From: an uncultured Verrucomicrobiae bacterium
GTDB lineage: Bacteria; Verrucomicrobiota; Verrucomicrobiia; Limisphaerales; Palsa-1400
DNA length: 64,000 bases
NCBI GenBank assembly: GCA_963702845.1
Contig: OY969763.1
Span: forward strand, 5,856,001 to 5,920,000
Direction: 5' to 3'
In this document: positions 18,742-30,580 of the stretch, piece after piece
Position numbering within the stretch: position 1 is the first letter of the stretch
Layout of the letters: the number at the start of each line of letters is the position of its first letter
The notes under the pieces: generated by a model
What the model was told of the DNA's origin: nothing
The model's database searches: none
What the model saw: the letters and a program-made list of their open reading frames with translations, nothing else
Made by a program: the position numbers and the translations under genes

Positions 18742-19656
18742 CTAAATTTGAAAATCAGGATTCGACTTGTCGCGTTTCGCAGTGACTTTCACGTCCACTT
18801 TCTCGTAGGTAACGAGCGAATGTGGCGGGACGCTTTGCGTTAGAAAAACGCTTGCACCGATCGTGCTTCCGGCGCCGATGGTTGTTTCACCGCCGACGAT
18901 GGTCGCGTTCGCGTAAATGGTGACGTGATCTTCGACAGTCGGATGGCGCTTCTGGCCTTTCAACGCCTGGCCACCGGCTAGCGAACGCGCAACGAGACCG
19001 ACGCCTTGATACATTTTTACGTGGTTGCCGATGACCGACGATTCACCAATTACCGTGCCGGTCCCGTGATCGATGAAAAAGTGCGTCCCAATTTTTGCGC
19101 CCGGATGAAGATCCATTCCCGTGCGGGTGTGTGCCCATTCGGTCATGATCCGTGGAATAAGTGGAACCTTATCATCGTACAGTTCGTGAGCTAAACGTTG
19201 CACGGCGATGGCCTCGACAAATGGATAGGCGACGATCACTTCTTCCCGGCTTAGAGCCGCCGGGTCACCTCGAAATGCCGCGTCGACATCGGTCGTCAAA
19301 AGGTCGCGGACATGCGGAAGGCGGCTAAGAAAATCCAACGTCAGCTTGTGCCCGAGTTTGCGAAGATCCTTTTTCGCGACACCTTCCGGCGGGGCGTATT
19401 CCAGGCTCTTGGCGACTTCGTCTTCGAGACGTTCGTAGACGTAGTCCATCAGGGTCGCGGTTTCGACTTTCAGTTCTGAGGCGACGAGGAGTTTTTCGTC
19501 GAAGAAACCGGGAAAGAGCAGGCGCAAGAGATCAACAGTGATGAAGCCGATGCGCGTTTTTGACGGGAGATTCTTGCCGTCCAAATGATTGATGCCGCCG
19601 ACTTTTGTGTACGACGCGATCAGTTGATTGGTCAAATCTGTGACCGTGAGGCTCAC
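18742..19656 (-). CDS. cysE: Serine O-acetyltransferase (EpsC/CysE type)
   Basis: GDPAA, TGMDLHPGAKIG..FFIDHGTG, KRHPT hexapeptide domain. Confidence 0.92.
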   Translation of the reverse strand: MSLTVTDLTNQLIASYTKVGGINHLDGKNLPSKTRIGFITVDLLRLLFPGFFDEKLLVASELKVETATLMDYVYERLEDEVAKSLEYAPPEGVAKKDLRKLGHKLTLDFLSRLPHVRDLLTTDVDAAFRGDPAALSREEVIVAYPFVEAIAVQRLAHELYDDKVPLIPRIMTEWAHTRTGMDLHPGAKIGTHFFIDHGTGTVIGESSVIGNHVKMYQGVGLVARSLAGGQALKGQKRHPTVEDHVTIYANATIVGGETTIGAGSTIGASVFLTQSVPPHSLVTYEKVDVKVTAKRDKSNPDFQI

Positions 19657-19699
19657 GCGCGCAGTATTCCGCAGTGATGGGCGAAACGCAAGTTGGCAA

Positions 19700-20662
19700 C
19701 TACTCCGTTCCCGTCGTGTATTGTTCGAGTGTTCGCTTGGCGATCATCAGGCCGGCTTCTTCGAGTTTTTGGCCTTTTTGATAATCCACGCCGCCGGTAC
19801 GGACATCTTCCGGTTGTTCGGCTTCGTGATCGCGATAGACCGGGTCGTGCCAGGGTTCGATGTTCAGGTCGGAATCATAACCGGCGCGCAGGAGTGCGTG
19901 GACGATTTCGGGCCAGTTGGCCTGACCGAGACCGGGGTGGCGATGTTCGGCGACGCCGGGATGGCAGATGCCGTAGACGCTCAGCAACTGGTGATTGATG
20001 TAGGCGTCTTTGGCGTGGATATGGAAAATTTTGCGGCCGTATTTGTGGATGTTTGTGACCGGGTCAATGAACTGGCAGATCAAATGGCTCGCGTCCCACT
20101 CAATGCCGAAGTTGTCGGCGCACTTGCTCTCGTTCCAGAAACGTTCCCACATCGCCGGCTTCGCGAGCATGTTGTAGCCCATGATGGGCAGGAGATATGT
20201 TCCTTGTGGGCAGTTCTCGAAGGCGATGCGGACGCCGTTGTCGGCGGCGAATTTTCCGATCGGGTCCCAAAATGCGCAGAGTTGAGGGATGTGGTTCTCG
20301 AACGGTTTGTAAACGGGATTGCCGCCGCGTTCGTTCATTTCCAACTCGATCACTGCACCGGGAAAACCGCAGATGGTTTTCACGTCCATGCGTGAGGCGA
20401 CGAGGATGGCGCGTTTGAAAAGTTCGCGGGAGTAGTCGGTCTGTTTTGGGTCGAGCGGGTTTTTGTAGAGCGCGCCGATGGCGGAAACGCGGATGCCGCG
20501 GGAGCCGGCTTCGTCTTTGTATTTGTCGGCGTACGATTTCCAGTCAGCCTGCGGATCGGCCGCCGGGCTTTGGAAAAAACGCAACCAGCCAGTGGACTTG
20601 AAGCCGAGTTTTTCAACCCACTTCAGTTCGTCCAGACCACGATTTAAAACGCCGACGCGCAT
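19700..20662 (-). CDS. Sugar phosphate isomerase/epimerase (AP_endonuc_2 TIM barrel)
   Basis: RIAFENCP, EWDASH, HIHAKD, PGLG..NW, LNIE. Confidence 0.88.
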   Translation of the reverse strand: MRVGVLNRGLDELKWVEKLGFKSTGWLRFFQSPAADPQADWKSYADKYKDEAGSRGIRVSAIGALYKNPLDPKQTDYSRELFKRAILVASRMDVKTICGFPGAVIELEMNERGGNPVYKPFENHIPQLCAFWDPIGKFAADNGVRIAFENCPQGTYLLPIMGYNMLAKPAMWERFWNESKCADNFGIEWDASHLICQFIDPVTNIHKYGRKIFHIHAKDAYINHQLLSVYGICHPGVAEHRHPGLGQANWPEIVHALLRAGYDSDLNIEPWHDPVYRDHEAEQPEDVRTGGVDYQKGQKLEEAGLMIAKRTLEQYTTGTE

Positions 20663-20665
20663 AAG

Positions 20666-21802
20666 TTATTTAGGAATTTTTTCCCACTTGTCGGTCTTGG
20701 CCGATTTGAGGACGGCGTCGCAGACGAATTGGGTTTCGAGCGCGTCGCGGAAAGTTGGGCTGGCCGGTTTGCCAGTTGTGAGGCCTTCGATGAAATCGGC
20801 GACTTGATGGACGAAGGTATGTTCGTAACCGATTTGCAGGCCGGGCACCCACCAGTTTTTCATGTAGGGCTGGTCGCTATCGGTGACGTGGATGTTGCGC
20901 CAACCGCGCACGCGGCCTTCGTCTTTGTGTTCGAAATATTGGAGGCGATGCAGGTCGTGCAAGTCCCACGCGATGGAGGCGTGTTCGCCGTTGATCTCAA
21001 ACGTGTAGAGCGCTTTGTGGCCGCGGGCGTAACGGGTCGATTCGAACGTGGCGAGTGAACCGTTTTTGAAACGGGCCAGGAACGCGCAGGCGTCGTCGAT
21101 GCTGACCTTCTGCACTTTGCCGGTCAGGTTGTGTTTGCGTTCTTTGATGAACGTCTCGGTCATGGCGTTGACTTTGTCGATACCGCCGTTGATCCAAATG
21201 GCAGTGTCGATGCAGTGCGCGAGCAGGTCGCCAGTTACTCCGCTGCCGGCGACTTTCGCGTCCAAACGCCAGAGTGCCGCGCCGCCTTGCGGGAGGTCGG
21301 GGCTGATGGTCCAGTCCTGCAGGAATTTCGCGCGGTAATGGAAAATTTTTCCGAGACGGCCTTCGTCGATGAGTTGTTTGGCCAACGTCACGGCGGGAAC
21401 GCGGCGGTAATTGTACCAAACCATGTTCGGCACTTTGGCTTTCTCGACGGCTTTGACCATGATTTTGCCTTCTGGTCCGTCCATGGAGAGCGGCTTTTCG
21501 CACATGATCATCTTGCCGGCTTTGGCGGCGGCAATGGCGATCTCGGCGTGCGTGTTGTTCGGGCTGGCGATGTCGATGACGTCGATGTCGGCGCGTTCGA
21601 TCAGGCGACGCCAATCGGACTCGACTGATTCATATCCCCATTTCGAAGCAAAGCTGCGGGCCTTTTTTTCATCGCGGGCGCAGATCGCCTTGAGAACTGG
21701 TTGATATTCCAGATCAAAAAAGTTGTTAACTTTGCGGAACGCGTTTGAGTGCGTTCTGCCCATGAAGCCGTAGCCAATCAGGCCGACATTTAGTTTCTTC
21801 AT
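20666..21802 (-). CDS. Gfo/Idh/MocA family oxidoreductase
   Basis: [23 protein letters not shown]. Confidence 0.92.
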   Translation of the reverse strand: MKKLNVGLIGYGFMGRTHSNAFRKVNNFFDLEYQPVLKAICARDEKKARSFASKWGYESVESDWRRLIERADIDVIDIASPNNTHAEIAIAAAKAGKMIMCEKPLSMDGPEGKIMVKAVEKAKVPNMVWYNYRRVPAVTLAKQLIDEGRLGKIFHYRAKFLQDWTISPDLPQGGAALWRLDAKVAGSGVTGDLLAHCIDTAIWINGGIDKVNAMTETFIKERKHNLTGKVQKVSIDDACAFLARFKNGSLATFESTRYARGHKALYTFEINGEHASIAWDLHDLHRLQYFEHKDEGRVRGWRNIHVTDSDQPYMKNWWVPGLQIGYEHTFVHQVADFIEGLTTGKPASPTFRDALETQFVCDAVLKSAKTDKWEKIPK

Positions 21803-21806
21803 ATAT

Positions 21807-22860
<1,054 letters not shown>

Positions 22861-22910
22861 AGCGAGGGTTTGTTTTAAATGTTAACGGCTAAAGGATAAA
22901 GGTAAAAAAA

Positions 22911-23248
22911 TTTGGTTTGGTTAAGCTCGGTTAGCTTCGGATAGCTTCGGTTAACCCCGGTTTGGTTCGAGGGGCAAAAATAATATTTTTTTCGTGGCCT
23001 CGGCTCGGTGCGGTTTGCCTCGGTTTAGCTCGGTTTGATGCGGTTTGCCCGAGATTGAACTGAGGCTGGCCCGAACCTAGGCCGAGGTTGATTGGCAGTT
23101 GGGTTGTAAAAAATATTTTTCTTTTAAGGTTCATTTCGGCGCATTTGGGCGAATTTCGACTTATTTCGGCCAATAATCGATCAGGTGACGATGAGGTTGG
23201 AATGAGCCTTGGGGAGAAAAGTCCGAAATCCGAGATCCGAAATCCGAA
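22911..23248. repeat. Intergenic composite repeat: three blocks of 10-bp-period repeats plus a 7-bp (TCCGAAA)n tract
   Basis: Blocks at 22911-22970, 23001-23050 and 23131-23170; heptamers at 23222-23248. Confidence 0.7.
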
Positions 23249-23541
23249 GCAAAGATCGGAGGCTGAAATTTGTACAGGAGCGAGCGCGCTGGAATCAATG
23301 GCGACATTGTATCGCATAACTGGCCTTTCTTTCTTGCGATGAGCGTTATTGCGCATCGGTCCGAGTTTCGTCGGATGAGGGCGAGCATACGTGAAGTAAC
23401 GCAACCGTCAAAAAATGTAGGGAAAGGAGGGAAACCAGGGGAAGAAACAGCACTTTTTTCTGACAAAATTTGTCAACTGAAGTGGGTTGGCATGAAAATT
23501 GAACACGCATCTTCAGTCATCCGCACCTGATTCGTAATGTC

Positions 23542-26262
23542 TCACGGAGTATTCGCCGGTACAACGAATGGCGACGGCACCAGATAACTTTGCGTCCATT
23601 CGGGGGAGTTGGGTTTTGTTCCTGCCTTGAGGTCGGTCTTCCAGTCGTTGTCTGTTTTTCGCACCGAGCCAGGGACTTCAAATTCGTAGTGGCTGAGGGC
23701 TGGTCCAGCATAGACCATGCGGTCGAGGCCGTTGTCGATGGCAATCATGAGCAGGTGAACGTTTCCCACTGCTTCGTGGAGAACGACACCGGGATCGCCC
23801 GTAAGATTATCCTGCACATCGGTGTGAACATCGGTGATGACAGGGTCCCATTTGCCCGGGTTCTGGCCCATATCATAAGGATCGGTTTGGTAAACGTTTT
23901 TGTAAAAAAGCGCAGGATACCAGCCGGTGTATTTGCGCTCGCCAGCACAGTTTTGATTGATTTCGACCAACTGTTTGAGGAAGTCGGTTTCCGCGGGCGT
24001 GATCGGCACCTGGAGCTGTTCTTTCTCAGCAATATCTTGCAGGGTCAACATGGTATTGGCGAAGTTTTGGAAACATGCGAGCTGATTGGATTTTACGACA
24101 GCCAAGTCATATTGAATCGTATAATTGGTATTTTGGCGGTCCGGGACAGTTACGGTTCCAGAAAGGGGAAGTGATGAAATGCCCGCCGACGCGATGTCGG
24201 TCAACGTCTTCATTTTTGCCCAGAATTCAGGACGCGGTTCGACAAAGGCATACGGGTAACTGCAAGCAAAGGGGGAGCTATATGACTGTTTGGCGTAAAG
24301 GATGGTGTCGTGCCGGAGCTGCGTCCAGGATGCCAGTTGTGTATTGAGCGATTTCATGGCCCAAGCTCGCGTGCGCATGGCTTCAGGGTAGACTGCATCG
24401 GTTGTGGGCGCTGACAGTGAACGAATCGCCGACAGCCATGCGTTGTACATATTGTTCGTCCAGACTCCATCAGACTCGCTATCGATTACGTTGCGAACAG
24501 CGGCGAGATTGTGTTGATACGGCAAGCCGTCTCTCCATCGCTCTCCGTTGGTAGCGGTCATTCGGTCAACAAGGTTTGCGACAACCTGATCGTTACCAAA
24601 AATGGAGAAGGCCACGTCGAGGCAGCTTGGTCTGCGGCGCAAAACTTTGCCGAACATAACGTTTGTGCCATCGTCGGGTGTCCAACGAATGCTGTCGAAG
24701 GTCACCTCGCTCAATGCCCAACTGTCGGGGATAAATTTCTGACCGAAGACGGTGAAGGAACGAGGTAGCCTGACCTGTGCCGGGTTAAGAGGAGAGAAGA
24801 AGTAACCACTGTGGATATTCTGGACTCCGAGTTGGCCGGTCAACAGTTGCTCCTGCAGATTCGTAAGAGCCGCCCGGCTGTTGACGTCGCCCGGCGACTG
24901 AATGTTTGCGCTGCTTAGGAGGTCATTTAGTTGCGCAAAGGTCATGGAGTCGGTTTCGCCGACGAAGGCGCGAGTGAATTGTTCGATGGCGGCCCAGTTT
25001 GTGTATTGGCCCGACTGGTCGAGCAGCCATTTGAAAATGACGGCAGTTCCTAATTCACGAATGTCGTCTTCTTTGTCGGGATCATATGTCTTTAGGCGCA
25101 AATCCGCTAAGGAGAGCCACATCACGGTGCGGAAGTAGCGGCGAAGGCGTTCTGAATCATCGTAGTGACCGCGAACGGTAAATTGGGAGAAGTCGACCCA
25201 GCGATTGGTGCCAAAAATTGTGATTTGCGCAGGAACGAGGTTGTTGATGGCGGTTAACGTCGGGGTGACACCCTCACCATAAAAATCAATAAACGAATTG
25301 TTCTGTGTTTGGCCGGTCAAAAGGCTGCGGGCAACGGTCAGAAAATAATCGGCGTCATATATGCTGGCGCCGAGATCTGACGAAAGTGGCATGAAAAACT
25401 CTTGCGTCCCGCCAAAGTTGGTCGCCGCAGTGGAAACGTAGGCGCTCATGCCATTAATGACGGATTGCAGAAGGGTGTAGATCTGCAGTTCCTCGGATTC
25501 TTCCAACATGCTATTGTAATTGCGATGCCACGCCTGCAGGACTGAATCGGCTGTTACAAACACGGGAAGGTCGTCGTGGAATACGCGATAGTAGCTGTCA
25601 GCGAAACTGAGCGAACCGAGGCGTTCGCTGACGACAAAGCCGTTTGTCATGAAGCTGCCAAGTTCGGCGGGATTGAGGCGGAAATCGTTTATCCGGTGAG
25701 TGGTGGTGTTTGTAGCGTTCCAAGCAGCGGGGTCGATATTGAACTGATCCCAGTAAAGAGCTGTAGTTGGGTCCCACGAGAGTTGCGGCAGGTATGGCGG
25801 GTGTCGATCGTAGGTCGCCGCGAATTGGGCAGGAGAAATTTGACCAATGCGCGCGAGTTCGTCAGCAATGGCTAAATTGTAACCGAAAACGTCAGCTCCG
25901 CCGTCGCCAGTCAATGGCGCATTGGTTGCGTCGAGATTTGCGATTACACGGTAGAACGTGTTCGGCCGAGTCGTTTGCAGGCGAGTCTTCAGCAACGGCC
26001 CTGACAGGGTCAATGCGGTGTTGTCTCCCTGGATTTTCCCGCCGACCGAATGCCAATGAAGCAGGTCGCTCGTGGTCTGGAGTTCATATTGAGGAAATAC
26101 TAAGCCTTGCCCTGCTTTCGGAAGCTGCGCCGGCAATGATAAGACGGCGTTGGAGGATTGAAGGCCGAGTTGGACAGATAATGACTGTGCTGGCAGTCGT
26201 TCTGTTACGATTGTGGCAAAAAGGAGAACAGCAAAACTACGAATCGCCCGCCCGAAGTTCAT
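23542..26262 (-). CDS. Secreted DUF3160 domain protein
   Basis: KSLNTQLASWTQLRHDTILYAKQSY, VEPRPEF, DVHTD; signal peptide. Confidence 0.88.
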   Translation of the reverse strand: MNFGRAIRSFAVLLFATIVTERLPAQSLSVQLGLQSSNAVLSLPAQLPKAGQGLVFPQYELQTTSDLLHWHSVGGKIQGDNTALTLSGPLLKTRLQTTRPNTFYRVIANLDATNAPLTGDGGADVFGYNLAIADELARIGQISPAQFAATYDRHPPYLPQLSWDPTTALYWDQFNIDPAAWNATNTTTHRINDFRLNPAELGSFMTNGFVVSERLGSLSFADSYYRVFHDDLPVFVTADSVLQAWHRNYNSMLEESEELQIYTLLQSVINGMSAYVSTAATNFGGTQEFFMPLSSDLGASIYDADYFLTVARSLLTGQTQNNSFIDFYGEGVTPTLTAINNLVPAQITIFGTNRWVDFSQFTVRGHYDDSERLRRYFRTVMWLSLADLRLKTYDPDKEDDIRELGTAVIFKWLLDQSGQYTNWAAIEQFTRAFVGETDSMTFAQLNDLLSSANIQSPGDVNSRAALTNLQEQLLTGQLGVQNIHSGYFFSPLNPAQVRLPRSFTVFGQKFIPDSWALSEVTFDSIRWTPDDGTNVMFGKVLRRRPSCLDVAFSIFGNDQVVANLVDRMTATNGERWRDGLPYQHNLAAVRNVIDSESDGVWTNNMYNAWLSAIRSLSAPTTDAVYPEAMRTRAWAMKSLNTQLASWTQLRHDTILYAKQSYSSPFACSYPYAFVEPRPEFWAKMKTLTDIASAGISSLPLSGTVTVPDRQNTNYTIQYDLAVVKSNQLACFQNFANTMLTLQDIAEKEQLQVPITPAETDFLKQLVEINQNCAGERKYTGWYPALFYKNVYQTDPYDMGQNPGKWDPVITDVHTDVQDNLTGDPGVVLHEAVGNVHLLMIAIDNGLDRMVYAGPALSHYEFEVPGSVRKTDNDWKTDLKAGTKPNSPEWTQSYLVPSPFVVPANTP

Positions 26263-26269
26263 GCCGGCG

Positions 26270-26299
26270 ATATTAGCTACGTAAGCTGCACATTGTCAA
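26270..26299 (-). promoter_or_regulatory. Sigma70 promoter of the DUF3160 gene, probably leaderless
   Basis: TTGACA-N18-TAATAT-N7-ATG on the minus strand. Confidence 0.6.
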
Positions 26300-26459
26300 T
26301 GTTAATACACAACTCGTGCAGCCCAATTTAAAACTGACAAGTCTTATATGGTGCGATAAGAATCCGCGTTATCGACTCGGTTATGCGATGTATTGGATTC
26401 ATTGCCCTCGGAGGGTTGCTCCTCGCAATAGCGGCGGTGGTGCACGCCTCTGATGAACC

Positions 26460-26910
26460 CTAAGTCGCCGGAGTAATCCCACGGCGAGGGATAGTCATCT
26501 CGTGTTCAGCCTCATCGAGGTCTGAGGTGCAGAATGCGCATTTGTGAGCGGCCTTTGGGATCTTGCTCAAACAATGCGGGCACTCGCACGTTTCCGGTTC
26601 TGGCGGCATTTGCGGTTTTGAGCGGTCCATGAATTTTTGCACCGGCAATACCACGGCGAAATAAACCACCGCCGCCAAGACGATGAAGGCCAGCAGCGCG
26701 TTGATGAAATCGCCGATCATGAACTTCGTACCGTCGCACTGTGATCGCCCACGATGAGAAATCCGGTAAGCCGCCGAAGACGCTTATGATTGGTGTGATG
26801 ATGTCTTTGACCAACGCCGTCACGACTGTGCCGAATGCAGCCCCAATGACCACTGCGACGGCTAAATCAACGACGTTGCCTCGCAATAAGAATTTTTTGA
26901 ACCCACCCAT
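26460..26910 (-). CDS. mscL: Large-conductance mechanosensitive channel with C-terminal Zn-ribbon; frameshift at ~26735
   Basis: [23 protein letters not shown] in one frame; [10 protein letters not shown]...CPHC...CAFC in another. Confidence 0.9.
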
Positions 26911-26983
26911 ACCTGTTCTATCCGGCCATACTCTGATTGCGTCAAAGGTGATGGGCTCTGAATATCTTTTGCGATCTTCCCTG

Positions 26984-27065
26984 ACCAGAGCCACGGTCGT
27001 GAGTAGGCGGGCTTGGTTATTGGCGTCGAGTGTTGAAACCGCTTGCTCACGCGCGCGGCTCTGTT
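26984..27065. repeat. REPIN-like inverted repeat, copy 1 (left arm degenerate)
   Basis: Right arm AAACCGCTTGCTCACGCGCGCGGCTCTGTT matches the copies at 41362 and 49982. Confidence 0.8.
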
Positions 27066-27132
27066 GCAATTCCGAGTCCACGGTTTTCTTGCCAAAGGGG
27101 GAGCGGAACTCTACCGTCACAACGAATTTTGT

Positions 27133-28068
27133 ATGGAAAAAGTCGTCATTATCGGCACCGGTTGCGCGGGCCTCACCGCTGCGATCTACGCCGCTCGTTC
27201 CAATCTTTCGCCCCTCGTCATCACCGGCACCATGCCCGGTGGTCTGCTTACGACCACCAGTATTGTCGAAAACTACCCGGGGTTTCCGGAAGGAATCGAC
27301 GGGTATCAGTTGATGATCAATATGCAGCAGCAGGCGGAACGTTTCGGCGCGCGCATTCAGACGTTGCGCGAACGTGGAGCATGTTGATTTGTCGAAGCGC
27401 CCGTTCACGCTGACGATCGACGGTGACAAGGTTGAAGCGGAAACGATCATCATCGCGACCGGCGCCGGGCATCGGCATCTGGGTTTGGAAAACGAGCATC
27501 TGCTCGAGAAGAAAGGCGTGACGTATTGCGCGACTTGCGACGGCGCGTGGCCAATGTTCCGCAATCAACCGCTGGTGGTTGTCGGCGGCGGCGATTCAGC
27601 CTGTGAAGAAGCGCTTTATCTGACGCGTTTTGGTTCGACGATTCATCTGGTCCATCGACGCGATACGTTGCGGGCTTCGAAAATCATGATCGAGCGGCGT
27701 CAAAGCGCATACGAAGATTCAACCGGTTTGGGATTCTGTGGTTACGGATGTTCTCGATGTGAAGCAGGACAAGGTGACGGCGGTAAAACTGCAGAATCTC
27801 AAGACGAATGAAGAGTCGACGCTGCCGTGTGCAGGCGTGTTCGTTGCGGTTGGGCATGTGCCAAACACGCAGCTTGTTCAAAGGCGTGATCGATATGGAT
27901 CACAACGGATACATCCTTCGCCACAAAGGTTCGCAAACGAATATTCCCGGGGTGTTTGTTGCGGGCGATTGCTCCGATCACGTATATCGGCAGGCGATAA
28001 CCGCTGCGGGCATGGGCTGCGCTGCGGCGATCGATGCGGAACGGTATCTGGCCGGTTTGAACGAATAG
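27133..28068 (+). CDS. trxB: Thioredoxin reductase (several frameshifts)
   Basis: [46 protein letters not shown] spread over several frames. Confidence 0.9.
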
Positions 28069-28072
28069 GTTT

Positions 28073-29602
28073 ATGAAAAAAATCAGCTTTCTGGTCGCGA
28101 CGTTGTGCGTCGCCGTTTCGTTGCAGGCGCAAAAGAATGCGTCGACGACGGAATCCGCGGTCAAGACAGTCCCTGGGTTGCAGGCGCAGATCAAAGCGCA
28201 TATCGCTCAGTCGCGCTTTGAGCATTGCATGTGGGGCGTGAAAGTTGTGTCGCTCGAAACGGGCAAGGTGTTGTTTGATCGCAATGGCGAGAAATTGATG
28301 AAGCCGGCGTCGAACGCGAAGATGTATACGGGTTCGCTCGCGCTGGATCGTCTCGGGCCGGATTATCGCATCAAGACTTCGTTCTATGCGCTGTCGAAAC
28401 CTGACAATGGCGTGGTGCGCGGCGATCTCGTTGTTTATGGCCGTGGCGACCCTTCGCTGTCGTGGAGATTCAATGACAACGATTACAGCAAGTCGTTGCA
28501 GCCGGTTGTGGACGCTTTCGTGGCGGCCGGCGTTAAGAAGGTCGAAGGCAATTTGATTGGTGACGAGAGCTATTTCCACTGCGCGCCCTTACGGTTCTGA
28601 TTGGGCCTGGGACGACATTCAAAATTATTACGGCGCTCCGGTATCAGCGTTGAATCTGGACGACAACGCCATTGACCTGGTTTTCAAAGCGGCAAGGAAG
28701 TCGGCCAACCGGCGATCGTCGTAATGAAGCCTGAAACGACTTACCTGAAAGTCATCAATCGCACGAAGACCGTTGCGAAAGGCAAGAAGGGCAACGTCAC
28801 GATTTATCGTCCACTCGGTCGAGAAGGTTGTTTATTTCTGGGGCGATGTTGCGATCGGCTCCAACGTCACGGACGCGGTTTCCGATCGACAATCCCGGCG
28901 TTGTGGTATGTCACGAGGCTCAAAGAACGTCTTGGCCAAAGAAGGCATCGAAGTGACTCGGCGGCGTGCGTTCGGTCAATTGGCTCGATCGTCAGGCTGA
29001 ACCGGTTGAATTACTCGAAGATGGTTGAAGTGGTGTCCGTGCAATCACGGACGATGGCGGAGATTGTGAAAGGGTGTATGAAGCCATCGCAAAACCAATA
29101 TGCGCATCTGATGCTGTTGCAAGCCGGCGTGCAGAGTTCGTTCACGAAGGACCATCAGTTTACTGACGATGCCGGTATTGCCGAACTGCGCAAGTTCATG
29201 GGCGAAATCGGCCAGGAAAAAGATACTGTGTTGCTCGAAGACGGCTCCGGTCTGGGTCGTGGCGGATTGGTCACGCCGAACGCTTCGGTGAAATTGCTCA
29301 CCGCGATGTCGAAGCATCGTTGCGCGGAACAGTTTTATGACGCGCTGCCGATTGCTGGCGTGGATGGAACTTTGAAGAGCCGTTTCAAGGGCACGTTTGC
29401 GGAAAAGAATGTTCACGCCAAAACCGGCAGCTTGCGTTACGTGAACACGATTTCGGGCTACGTGACTGATCGCGGTGGGGAGAAGTTGGTTTTCTCGGTG
29501 ATGCTGAATAACTACGACGCGGGTCGCGATGGGTCGTGGCGCGTCGAGTCGGATAAGGTTGTGAAGATGATTGCTGATTTTTCCGGACGGTCGAATCGTT
29601 AA
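28073..29602 (+). CDS. dacB: D-Ala-D-Ala carboxypeptidase/endopeptidase PBP4 (frameshifted)
   Basis: PASNAK (SxxK), GRGDP, SQN, DGSGL, AKTGSL. Confidence 0.88.
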
Positions 29603-30509
29603 GCGCCCTGTTCCAGCCGCGCGATGCGTTCTTCGAGCGGCGGGTGCGTGGCGAGGAGCATCATCATGCCGCCGGTCTTGCCTGAAATCTTCAGCGCCTG
29701 AAACGCGGGTTGCTGCTGACCGCCTGGTCGAATCCTCGTTCGTGATACGCCTGCAGCGCTTGAGAGCTGAGATCATGTTGCCGCGTCCGGCATATTTTGC
29801 ACCGCCGGCGTCGGCGCGGAACTCGCGCCAGCGCGAGAACCAGCAGATGACAACCATGCCGAAAACCGAGAAGGCGATTTGGAACACTTGCACGAGCATG
29901 AAATAGGCGAACGTGTTTCCACCGCGGTTATCGTCGTTGCCGCGTGAAGTCAACGCCATCGCAGCTATGCGCGCAAAGAACATGACGAAGGCGTTCACGA
30001 CGCCTTGAATGAGGGTCATCGTGACCATGTCGCCGTTGGCGATGTGCGCGATTTCGTGGCCGAGCACGCCTTCGACTTCGGTCTGGTTCATGTGATTGAG
30101 CAGACCACTGGAAGCAGGCGACGAGTGAGCGTGAACGGCTCGGGCCGGTGGCGAACGCGTTGACTTCGGGGGATTCGTAGAAGCCGACTTCGGGCATGGT
30201 GGTGAGCCCGGCGTTGCGCGCGAGTTGATGGACGGTTTCAACGAGACGACGCGCCGAGGCATCAGTGGTGTCCGCATGAATGACTTTCACGCCCATCATC
30301 CACTTAGCCATGACGCGCGAGAGTAGCAGGGAAATGACCGAGCCGACCATGCCCCAGATGAGGCAGAAGAAAAGCAGGCCGACGAAGTTACCGCCACCGA
30401 TGCGCGCGGGCACGTGGAACAAACTCAGGACGAGGGTGATGGTCGCGATCACCAAAACGTTCACCATCATGAAGAGGAAAACTCGTTTGGCGATTTGGGC
30501 AAATTTCAT
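29599..30509 (-). CDS. htpX: Membrane Zn protease HtpX (frameshifted)
   Basis: NAFATG, GHEIAHIANGDMVT, FSRWREFRAD, THPPLEERI. Confidence 0.9.
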
Positions 30510-30580
30510 ATTCTTCCGTTTATTGGACTGACACGAGGTCAGTCGCGTTCGATGCAAGCTAATCCGCGGCGACGACGAAA

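Noticed and set aside
22931..23530. ORFs of 84-157 aa in the repeat-rich gap
   Set aside because: Translations (FGFRISDF, ASNRAKPRQ) just reflect 7- and 10-bp DNA repeats; no protein family features.
28598..28600. In-frame TGA in dacB as selenocysteine or readthrough
   Set aside because: Deleting one T just upstream restores APYGSDWAWDD, so it is an indel and not recoding.
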